Virus record (IMG/VR): IMGVR_UViG_3300025466_000015
DNA: 64,000 nucleotides
Source: a virus
Strand: one strand, 5' to 3'
Part shown: positions 9,045 through 15,711 of the stretch, in pieces
Layout of the letters: each line of letters starts with the position of its first letter
Position numbering within the stretch: position 1 is the first letter of the stretch
The notes under the pieces: model-generated
What the model was told of the DNA's origin: nothing
Databases searched by the model: none
The model's input: the letters and a program-made list of their open reading frames with translations, nothing else
Position numbers and translations under genes: made by a program

Positions 9045-9352
9045 TGGAGAAAGGTCGTAAATTTGACGGTGGTAAGTTAGAATACGGCCTTTTACCTCCT
9101 TTAGCATTAAAGGCTACAGTAGATGTATTGACCTTTGGTGCTCAAAAGTATGAGAGAGATAATTGGAAAAAAGTGCCAGATTCCAAACGTAGATATTTTG
9201 ATGCTTTGCAAAGACATATTTGGGCTTGGAAAGAAGGCGAACAAATTGATACAGAATCTGGTAAACATCACTTGGCCCACGCCATGTGTTGCTTGATGTT
9301 TTTGTATGAACATGATATAATGTATTCTTTAAATGATGGAGATGTGAAATGA
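9044..9352 (+). CDS. dATP/dGTP diphosphohydrolase-domain protein (DUF5664)
   Basis: GRKFDGGK..LLP..VLTFGAQKY..NW..RH...DTESGKHHLAHA. Confidence 0.85.
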   Translation: MEKGRKFDGGKLEYGLLPPLALKATVDVLTFGAQKYERDNWKKVPDSKRRYFDALQRHIWAWKEGEQIDTESGKHHLAHAMCCLMFLYEHDIMYSLNDGDVK

Positions 9353-10026
9353 AACTTAACAATGATACCCTAACAGTACTGAAGAACTTTTCTGCCATTA
9401 ATGGCAACCTAGAGTTCAAAGCTGGTAAAGAAATTAAAACAATTTCTACTACTAAAACCGTGATGGCAAAAGCCACACTAACAGATGAATTCCCACAAGA
9501 CTTCTGTGTGTATGACTTGAACCAGTTCTTATCGGTTTATTCTCTACACAAAGATTCCGATATTGACTTTGATGATGTCAATGTTATCTTTAAGAGTGGT
9601 CGTTCTAAAATCAAGTATCGTAAGGCTGATAAGATTAATATCGTAACAGCACCAGATAGAGATTTGGTTTTGCCTTCTGTTGAAGTATCCTTCACGTTGT
9701 CGGAAACAGACCTGGCTGATTTGCTAAAGAGTGCTTCTGTTCTACAATCACAACATATTATTGTTGAATCTGATGGTGCAAAGGTACATATTACGGCTTG
9801 TTCTATTCAACAAAACGGACAACATTCAGAGAACACCAATTCTATTGAAGTTGGTGATGGTAATGGAAGTGTTTATTCTGCCACATTCTTGACTGAAAAC
9901 TTCAAGATGATTCCTGGTTCATACGATGTGGAAATTTCATCCAAAGGTATGGCATCATTCAAAAATACTAAGCAACCAATTCAATATTGGATTGCCATTG
10001 AAGCTAAACACTCTACGTTTGCTTAA
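9349..10026 (+). CDS. gp45: Sliding clamp gp45
   Basis: MKLNNDTLTVLKNFSAIN, YDLNQFL, YDVEIS, YWIAIE. Confidence 0.93.
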   Translation: MKLNNDTLTVLKNFSAINGNLEFKAGKEIKTISTTKTVMAKATLTDEFPQDFCVYDLNQFLSVYSLHKDSDIDFDDVNVIFKSGRSKIKYRKADKINIVTAPDRDLVLPSVEVSFTLSETDLADLLKSASVLQSQHIIVESDGAKVHITACSIQQNGQHSENTNSIEVGDGNGSVYSATFLTENFKMIPGSYDVEISSKGMASFKNTKQPIQYWIAIEAKHSTFA

Positions 10027-10055
10027 TTTGATTTTTTATATTATGGAGTATTTGA

Positions 10056-10988
10056 ATGGACCAACATATTTTGTGGGTAGAGAAGTACCGCCCAGCTAAA
10101 GTTGAAGATTGTATTTTACCTGAAGCAATCAAAACAACGTTTCAGGAATATGTAAACAGAAAAGAAATACCAAACTTGCTGCTCTCCGGATCAGCAGGTG
10201 TTGGTAAGACTACGATTGCCAAAGCCTTGTGTGAAGAAGTTGGTTGTGATTACCTAGTCATCAATGGTTCTGACGAGAATGGTGTTGATACCATTCGAGT
10301 CAAAATCAAGAGTTATGCTTCTTCAATGTCACTTCTAGGTGGCAGAAAAGTTATCATCATTGACGAGGCTGATTATCTAACAACCAATGCACAGGCTATT
10401 CTGAGAGCTTCTATTGAAGAATTCTCTGGCAATTGTTCTTTCATATTCACCTGTAACTTCAAGAATCGTATTATTGATCCGATACACTCAAGGTGTACTG
10501 TTGTTGACTTTAAAATCAATGGCAGTAAAGCCAAGATGGCATCAGCATTCTTTAAACGTGTTGAGTGGATTCTAGAACAAGAAAACATTCCTTACGAAAA
10601 AGAAGTAGTTGCAGCCATTATCACCAAGTATTTCCCTGATAATCGTAGGGTTCTTAATGAACTACAAAGATATTCTGTTGGTGGTTCTATTGACAAAGGT
10701 CTTTTGGCATCGGTTTCCGATGTTCAATTGACTGAGTTAATTAACTCACTAAAGGTCAAAGACTTTGCTGGTGCTCGTAAATGGGTCACCAACAATCTGG
10801 ATAACGATCCAGTTCGTATCTTTAGAACAATGTATGACAAACTATATGAGGTGTTGAAACCCAACTCTGTACCTCAAATGGTTCTTATTCTTGCCAAGTA
10901 TCAATATCAGGCAGCCTTTGCCGCTGACCATGAGATTAATCTAATGGCTTGTCTTACAGAAATCATGGTGGATTGTGAGTTTAAATGA
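10056..10988 (+). CDS. gp44: Clamp loader large subunit gp44
   Basis: WVEKYRP, GSAGVGKTT, IIDEAD, HSRC. Confidence 0.96.
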   Translation: MDQHILWVEKYRPAKVEDCILPEAIKTTFQEYVNRKEIPNLLLSGSAGVGKTTIAKALCEEVGCDYLVINGSDENGVDTIRVKIKSYASSMSLLGGRKVIIIDEADYLTTNAQAILRASIEEFSGNCSFIFTCNFKNRIIDPIHSRCTVVDFKINGSKAKMASAFFKRVEWILEQENIPYEKEVVAAIITKYFPDNRRVLNELQRYSVGGSIDKGLLASVSDVQLTELINSLKVKDFAGARKWVTNNLDNDPVRIFRTMYDKLYEVLKPNSVPQMVLILAKYQYQAAFAADHEINLMACLTEIMVDCEFK

Positions 10989-11365
10989 GTCCATTCGATT
11001 ATGTAGACTTAATTCTACACAAAAAGAAAGAAGACGATGACCTAGAATTTGGAGATTATGCTCCTTTTCTGGTGAATCGTTCTTTATCCTATCACTTGGA
11101 TTGTATTCTCTATGTCAATGAGATGAATATCAAACCTAATATTGATAAAGACCTTCAATACCGCTATCTTCTAAATAGTATTAGACCAATGAAACGGAAG
11201 TTCGAGCCGTGGCAGAAATCATTGGTGGACAAAGATATCCAGTGTGTTAAAGAGTTTTTTGGTTACAATAACCAGAAAGCTAAAGATGCGTTGAGTATTT
11301 TAACCGATGAACAAATCGCTGATATAAAAATAAGAATAGACAAAGGCGGAGTGAAGAAGTTATGA
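10985..11365 (+). CDS. gp62: Clamp loader small subunit gp62
   Basis: YAPFLVNRSLSY..NEMN..QYRYLLNSIR; synteny gp44-gp62-regA. Confidence 0.9.
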   Translation: MSPFDYVDLILHKKKEDDDLEFGDYAPFLVNRSLSYHLDCILYVNEMNIKPNIDKDLQYRYLLNSIRPMKRKFEPWQKSLVDKDIQCVKEFFGYNNQKAKDALSILTDEQIADIKIRIDKGGVKKL

Positions 11366-11769
11366 TTGATATAAAAGATTTGGTTGAAATTACCTTAGGT
11401 CAGGAAGATGACTTTCTTAAGGTGAGAGAAACATTAACAAGGATTGGTGTAGCCTCAAAGAAAGATAGAACACTATACCAGTCTTGCCATATTCTCCATA
11501 AAAAAGGACAATATTATGTGGTTCATTTCAAGGAACTATTTGCACTTGATGGCAAACCCACCGACATTACCGAAAACGACCTATCTCGTAGGAATGCTAT
11601 TGTTAAGTTATTGGAGGATTGGGAACTGGTTAAAGTTGTTCGGAAAGAACAAATAGAGACACCAGCCCCTATTTTCTTGTCACAGATTAAGATTCTGTCA
11701 CACAAGGAAAAGAAAGATTGGCAACTTGTACCGAAATATAATATCGGTAAGAAGCCTCAATCAGTATAA
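11362..11769 (+). CDS. regA: Translational repressor RegA
   Basis: DDFLKVRETLTRIGVAS..LYQSCHILHKKGQYYVVHFKELFALDG. Confidence 0.96.
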   Translation: MIDIKDLVEITLGQEDDFLKVRETLTRIGVASKKDRTLYQSCHILHKKGQYYVVHFKELFALDGKPTDITENDLSRRNAIVKLLEDWELVKVVRKEQIETPAPIFLSQIKILSHKEKKDWQLVPKYNIGKKPQSV

Positions 11770-11772
11770 ATA
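11765..11772 (+). promoter_or_regulatory. T4-type late promoter
   Basis: Exact TATAAATA upstream of hsp20. Confidence 0.75.
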
Positions 11773-11786
11773 CTAATATGATTATG

Positions 11787-11844
11787 TGCCGTGCTCTCTG
11801 AGGCGGCAATTTTTTAAACTTGCTTATTTAAGGAGTCTATTATG
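11787..11844 (+). promoter_or_regulatory. ROSE-like RNA thermometer in hsp20 5' UTR
   Basis: CUU(G)CUU-auuu-AAGGAG pairs the SD with a bulged G (UUGCU motif); upstream hairpin TGCCG/CGGCA. Confidence 0.65.
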
Positions 11845-12279
11845 ACAAGCTTACTATTTCCAAAATTGGATAACCTATACGCCAACATGATTGGGTTTGA
11901 TGAGACTATTGGTATGTTAAAGGCAGCCGCCAATGACGTAGCCAAATATGCTCCAACTTACCCACCATACAATATCAAACAAGTCAAAGATAACAAGTAC
12001 GTCATTGAGATGGCAGTTGCTGGTTTCACTAAGGCTGATATTGAGATTACTATGGAAGGTAACAAAATGGTTATCAAAGGTTCTGCCAAGGACGATGACG
12101 ACCAAACTTACTTACATAAAGGAATCGCTAACCGTGCTTTTGAAAGAGCATTCACTCTTAAAGATACCATCGAAATCAAAGATGCCGAATTGGCAAATGG
12201 TATGTTAAAAGTCTGGTTAGAAAACATGGTAAAGGCTCAAGATGCTATCAAGAAAATCGGTATCAAAACTAGAGACTAA
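11842..12279 (+). CDS. hsp20: Small heat shock protein (Hsp20/IbpA-like)
   Basis: YPPYNI, IEMAVAGF, YLHKGIANRAFERAFTL, NGML. Confidence 0.95.
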   Translation: MTSLLFPKLDNLYANMIGFDETIGMLKAAANDVAKYAPTYPPYNIKQVKDNKYVIEMAVAGFTKADIEITMEGNKMVIKGSAKDDDDQTYLHKGIANRAFERAFTLKDTIEIKDAELANGMLKVWLENMVKAQDAIKKIGIKTRD

Positions 12280-12346
12280 TTGGTGGCCCGTTTCAGACGA
12301 GGAATGGGATAGATTAAACTATCCTGAAAAATTCAAAAACAAATGA
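12242..12346 (+). CDS. Possible 34-aa peptide (MLSRKSVSKLETNWWPVSDEEWDRLNYPEKFKNK)
   Basis: Fills the hsp20-DUF3579 gap; TGA overlaps the next ATG (ATGA). Confidence 0.35.
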   Translation: MLSRKSVSKLETNWWPVSDEEWDRLNYPEKFKNK

Positions 12347-12654
12347 AATACCTAATCAAAGGCATCACCTCGGAAGGTAAAACTTTTAGGCCAAGTGATT
12401 GGTCGGAAAGACTTTGTTCCGTGTTGTCCTATTGTACACCAGTTAAGAAGACCGTCTCCAATGCGCCAGGATACTCTCCATATGTCAAACCAGTCATGGT
12501 TGATGACATTAGATGTGTATTGGTAGACTCTAAACTGGTGGATGTAGAACCAAGAGCCTTGGATTTTGTATTGAATTTTGCCGAGGATAATGACTTAATT
12601 GTAATTGAGGATTACCAAAAAGTGGTAAACATCCGAGAATTCATGGTTGCCTAA
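12343..12654 (+). CDS. DUF3579-like protein
   Basis: IKGITSEGKTFRPSDWSERL...YSPYVKP...CVLVD...FVLNFAEDNDL. Confidence 0.78.
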   Translation: MKYLIKGITSEGKTFRPSDWSERLCSVLSYCTPVKKTVSNAPGYSPYVKPVMVDDIRCVLVDSKLVDVEPRALDFVLNFAEDNDLIVIEDYQKVVNIREFMVA

Positions 12655-12679
12655 AAACAACTTGTGGTGATTATCCTAA

Positions 12680-12706
12680 GGGGCCTCTTGACAGGCCCCT
12701 TTTTTT
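12680..12706 (+). terminator. Rho-independent terminator overlapping a promoter
   Basis: GGGGCCT-cttgac-AGGCCCC followed by T7. Confidence 0.85.
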
Positions 12707-12716
12707 GTCTTATAAT
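12688..12716 (+). promoter_or_regulatory. Consensus sigma70 promoter TTGACA-17-TATAAT
   Basis: -35 lies in the terminator loop and -10 just after the T run. Confidence 0.82.
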
Positions 12717-12727
12717 AGACTTTTATT

Positions 12728-12949
12728 ATGGAGGAAACTGTGGTGATTCTAGACAAACATTTTGAAAAATTGAACAAACGAGCTTTTGATCCAGCAAACA
12801 AAGCGGATTTGGCGATCTTTAAAGAGTTCCTGGAGACTGGTCGTTGGGGTGCTAACGGATGTCCTTTCCTTTTAACTTGGCCTTACCTGACAATTCCTGA
12901 TATGATTAAGGACAAGGTTACCAAACATGTACTCAAAGTTGAGGCTTGA
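12728..12949 (+). CDS. Hypothetical protein
   Basis: 73-aa ORF behind promoter; GCPFLLTWPY motif. Confidence 0.6.
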   Translation: MEETVVILDKHFEKLNKRAFDPANKADLAIFKEFLETGRWGANGCPFLLTWPYLTIPDMIKDKVTKHVLKVEA

Positions 12950-13386
12950 TGAAACCCAAGTTTATTCGTTATTACATGGACATTGCCAAGCGTACAGCTG
13001 AATTAAGTTCAGCTAAACGCCTACAGGTTGGTGCTATCATTGTTAAGAATGACCGTATTGTGTCGATTGGATACAATGGTACTCCATCCGGTTGGACCAA
13101 TGTTTGTGAAGATGAAAACTATAAAACCAAAATTGAAGTTATTCACGCTGAGGCCAATGCAATTGCTAAGTTGGCAAGGTCTACGGAGTCTGGAGAAGGC
13201 GCTGTCATGTTTTTGACACACGCACCTTGTATGGATTGTGCTAAGCAGATATACACAGCTGGCATCCGTAAAGTGTTTTTTGACAGTCATTATCGTTCTA
13301 CGGATGGAGTTGTGTTTCTCAACAACTGCAACCTGGAGGTAGAACAAGTAAATGAAACATTGGAAACAAATAGTCACTTACAGTAA
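12949..13386 (+). CDS. cd: dCMP deaminase
   Basis: VGAIIV, GYNG, HAEANAI, PCMDC. Confidence 0.93.
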   Translation: MKPKFIRYYMDIAKRTAELSSAKRLQVGAIIVKNDRIVSIGYNGTPSGWTNVCEDENYKTKIEVIHAEANAIAKLARSTESGEGAVMFLTHAPCMDCAKQIYTAGIRKVFFDSHYRSTDGVVFLNNCNLEVEQVNETLETNSHLQ

Positions 13387-13490
13387 GTATATGATTTGTC
13401 TAGTGATTTTTGTATGGAAGATGTGGAAAGAATACTTAAACAATAAATAGCAAGGAGTCATCATCGGGTCAACTAATTAAAGGAGATTAA

Positions 13491-14003
13491 ATGAGATTAA
13501 AAGTAGTTAATTGTCCCGATAAAGATTTCAAACCTATTGTAGAAAGAGCAGCTTCTTTCTTTGCCAAAGAATTAATACCCAATACTAGAGTCCGTAACCA
13601 TTGTTTTACCAAGATTAGATTCAATGCTAAGATTTTGGAATATGGTTATGCTAGTGTGGAAGACTATAACACAAGAAATCAACCAAGAGAATTTCTAATA
13701 GAGATTCATCCAGGTATTGGTGCCAGAGATATATTGTCAACCATAGCACATGAGATGGTTCACATTAAACAATATATTGATGGTGAGTTAAATGAAGAAA
13801 TGTCTTACTGGAAAGGTAAGAGAGTAGATTCGGATAAAATGGAATATTGGTATTCACCATGGGAAGTAGACGCCAATGGATATGAAGTTGGTTTGATAAC
13901 CAAGTTTGCCGTTGCTGAATGTCTTTGGGAAGTCTTAGATGGATTTAAAAATCCAGCAACTCCTATAGTTTCTATACCAATAAAATGGAAAAAGAGAAAA
14001 TAA
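13491..14003 (+). CDS. HExxH zinc metallopeptidase-like protein
   Basis: TIAHEMVHIKQY and PWEVDA; SD AAGGAG. Confidence 0.7.
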   Translation: MRLKVVNCPDKDFKPIVERAASFFAKELIPNTRVRNHCFTKIRFNAKILEYGYASVEDYNTRNQPREFLIEIHPGIGARDILSTIAHEMVHIKQYIDGELNEEMSYWKGKRVDSDKMEYWYSPWEVDANGYEVGLITKFAVAECLWEVLDGFKNPATPIVSIPIKWKKRK

Positions 14004-14019
14004 ACGCCTATATACTAAC

Positions 14020-14118
14020 ATGAATAACATAAAACACTCCTTTAATCAGCCGATGTATCACACAGAGTCAATTTGTGCCGATACGCTGTGGCTCGTCAAA
14101 GGGGTTTGTACCTGTTAG
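14020..14118 (+). CDS. Putative attenuator leader peptide, 32 aa (MNNIKHSFNQPMYHTESICADTLWLVKGVCTC)
   Basis: Uses 19 of 20 amino acids and 26 distinct codons; last codons contain anti-terminator strand GGGGTTTGTA. Confidence 0.65.
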   Translation: MNNIKHSFNQPMYHTESICADTLWLVKGVCTC

Positions 14119-14146
14119 AATATAAAAGTTAAAACAAAAGTACTAC

Positions 14147-14178
14147 AAACCCCAGACCTAAAAGCTCTGGGGTTTTTT
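14147..14178 (+). terminator. Rho-independent terminator with alternative anti-terminator pairing
   Basis: AAACCCCAGA-cctaaaagc-TCTGGGGTTT+TTT; TACAAACCCC (14144-14153) also pairs perfectly with GGGGTTTGTA (14101-14110). Confidence 0.85.
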
Positions 14179-14230
14179 GTTGTCCGAATACAACACCAGT
14201 ATTGACAAAGGTCATCGAACCATATACAAT
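14178..14230 (+). promoter_or_regulatory. Palindromic box TGTTGT-N6-ACAACA plus sigma70 promoter TTGACA-17-TACAAT
   Basis: Box 14178-14195, 6-bp gap, -35 at 14202, -10 at 14225. Confidence 0.8.
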
Positions 14231-14237
14231 ACACACT

Positions 14238-14249
14238 TGTTCTTTAAAA
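14238..14249 (+). promoter_or_regulatory. boxA-like Nus antitermination element
   Basis: TGTTCTTTAAAA versus rrn boxA TGCTCTTTAACA, at the start of the tRNA array. Confidence 0.65.
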
Positions 14250-14265
14250 AATTAGATTGTATTTT

Positions 14266-14341
14266 ACCCTCTTAGCCAAGCTGGTAAGGCATCGGATTTT
14301 GATTCCGACATGCGGTGGTTCGAGTCCATCAGGGGGTGCCA
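14266..14341 (+). tRNA. tRNA-Gln(TTG)
   Basis: Cloverleaf; TCGGA-tt TTG at-TCCGA; GGTTCGAGTCC; encoded CCA. Confidence 0.92.
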
Positions 14342-14403
14342 TATAAAAACACATTTGCAACCACATGGGAGTGAGATATCCAAGGGGAGTGTGTTTCTAT
14401 ATG
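14340..14403 (+). ncRNA. Small stem-closed RNA of unknown function
   Basis: 17-bp closing helix CATATAAAAACACATTT/GAGTGTGTTTCTATATG with one A.C mismatch. Confidence 0.5.
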
Positions 14404-14408
14404 ACAAT

Positions 14409-14499
14409 GGAAGATAATGCAGCTGGGTAGGCCGGCGACCAGCCTTGAAAACTGGGTTCTGAGAAATCGGATGGGGTTCGACTCCTCTGTCTTCCGCCA
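14409..14499 (+). tRNA. tRNA-Ser(TGA)
   Basis: ct TGA aa loop, long variable arm, G73-CCA. Confidence 0.9.
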
Positions 14500-14516
14500 A
14501 TTAAAAGGAGTTTATT

Positions 14517-15080
14517 ATGCCTAGTGTATTTCTTGTAAGTGACACACATTTTGGTCATCATGGAGTGTGTCGTTTCACTGGTAAAGATGGTGTTACAAAG
14601 CTTAGGCCATGGGACAATCCAGATGAGATGGATGAAGAAATGGTCAAGCGTTGGAACGAAAGAGTAAAGCCAACTGATAAAGTTTATCATCTTGGTGATG
14701 TGGTGATTAATCGTAAATCTCTTAATATTATGCGTAGGCTTAACGGAGACAAAGTTCTTATTAGAGGTAACCATGATATCTTTAGAGATAAAGAATACTA
14801 TGAACACTTCAGAGAGCTCCGTGCTTATCATGTTATGAGAGGTATGATTCTTTCACACATTCCACTTCATACCGATAGTATTCAAAGATTTGGTACCAAT
14901 ATTCACGGTCATACCCATGATAGGCGTGTAATGATTGGTAATGAAATTGATATCAGATACCATTGTGTATGTGTGGAACAAACAGACTACACTCCTATTC
15001 TTTTTGAAGATGTTGTGAAACGTATTCAAGCAGAAGGTGGTGAAGTTGATTTCAGACAGCATGGAAATAGAGCCATGTAG
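14517..15080 (+). CDS. Calcineurin-like metallophosphoesterase
   Basis: SDTHFGH, HLGD, RGNHD, SHIP, IHGHTH. Confidence 0.9.
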   Translation: MPSVFLVSDTHFGHHGVCRFTGKDGVTKLRPWDNPDEMDEEMVKRWNERVKPTDKVYHLGDVVINRKSLNIMRRLNGDKVLIRGNHDIFRDKEYYEHFRELRAYHVMRGMILSHIPLHTDSIQRFGTNIHGHTHDRRVMIGNEIDIRYHCVCVEQTDYTPILFEDVVKRIQAEGGEVDFRQHGNRAM

Positions 15081-15171
15081 GAGATTTGGCCGAGAGGTCT
15101 AAGGCAGCAGGTTGCTAACCTGTCGTATTGAGTAATCAGTACCGTGGGTTCGATTCCCACAGTCTCCGCCA
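15080..15171 (+). tRNA. tRNA-Ser(GCT)
   Basis: tt GCT aa loop, long variable arm, CCA. Confidence 0.92.
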
Positions 15172-15176
15172 GTTAA

Positions 15177-15254
15177 GGTTAGGTGCCAGAGAGGTCCAAT
15201 GGAACAGTCTGCAAAACTGTAAAACCGTGGGTTCAAATCCCACCCTAACCTCCA
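15177..15254 (+). tRNA. tRNA-Cys(GCA)
   Basis: ACAGT-ct GCA aa-ACTGT; U73-CCA. Confidence 0.92.
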
Positions 15255-15276
15255 TTAATAGTTGACCGGAATAAAG

Positions 15277-15322
15277 TAATACTAAAGTATTAGGTTGCCA
15301 TTTCAACCAGTTCTGTTACAAT
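15277..15322 (+). promoter_or_regulatory. Palindrome TAATACT-AA-AGTATTA plus promoter TTGCCA-16-TACAAT
   Basis: Palindrome 15277-15292; -35 at 15295; TGn extended -10 at 15317. Confidence 0.6.
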
Positions 15323-15361
15323 ACATTTATCGGTTGAGAAATCAATTGATAAAAAAAGTGA

Positions 15362-15413
15362 AGTTGTAGAAATACAACAGGATGGTTGACAAATTATCCC
15401 AATCTGGTATAAT
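15362..15413 (+). promoter_or_regulatory. Palindromic box plus sigma70 promoter TTGACA-16-TATAAT
   Basis: AGTTGT-agaaat-ACAACA 15362-15379, 6-bp gap, -35 at 15386. Confidence 0.8.
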
Positions 15414-15446
15414 AGAGTCTTGTTCAGTTAATTAAGGAGAAAAATT

Positions 15447-15548
15447 TTGGAATGTTTAAAATGTAGATTTTGGCACTGGCCAACAAATTACACAAAAGGT
15501 GCTCCATGTGATCCTAAATTCATTCCAGTTCCCGTAAAAACGGAATAG
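15447..15548 (+). CDS. Putative 33-aa Cys/His peptide (MECLKCRFWHWPTNYTKGAPCDPKFIPVPVKTE)
   Basis: SD AAGGAG, TTG start, own promoter; CxxC-H-C pattern. Confidence 0.5.
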   Translation: MECLKCRFWHWPTNYTKGAPCDPKFIPVPVKTE

Positions 15549-15563
15549 AAAACAAAAAAAGAG

Positions 15564-15627
15564 TGTTGTCATCGTACAACACTCTGGTTGACAAAGGTAA
15601 TTACCTATGTTATAATTGTTCTTTAAA
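15564..15627 (+). promoter_or_regulatory. Palindromic box, promoter TTGACA-17-TATAAT and boxA-like TGTTCTTTAAA
   Basis: TGTTGT-catcgt-ACAACA 15564-15581; -35 at 15588; -10 at 15611; boxA-like 15617-15627. Confidence 0.8.
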
Positions 15628-15636
15628 TTGTAAGTT

Positions 15637-15711
15637 GCTCGGTTCGTCTATCGGTTAGGACACCGCCCTTTCACGGCAGTAAGACCAGTTCGATTCTGGT
15701 ACCGAGTACCA
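15637..15711 (+). tRNA. tRNA-Glu(TTC)
   Basis: ct TTC ac loop; GTTCGATTC; CCA. Confidence 0.9.

Noticed and set aside
9044-9352. Z-genome or 7-deazaguanine pathway
   Set aside because: DUF5664 alone is insufficient; no purZ, queC/D/E, folE or dpdA in the window
14178-14195. LexA SOS box interpretation of the palindrome
   Set aside because: Does not match CTGT-N8-ACAG, and it sits upstream of the -35 at fixed spacing like an activator site
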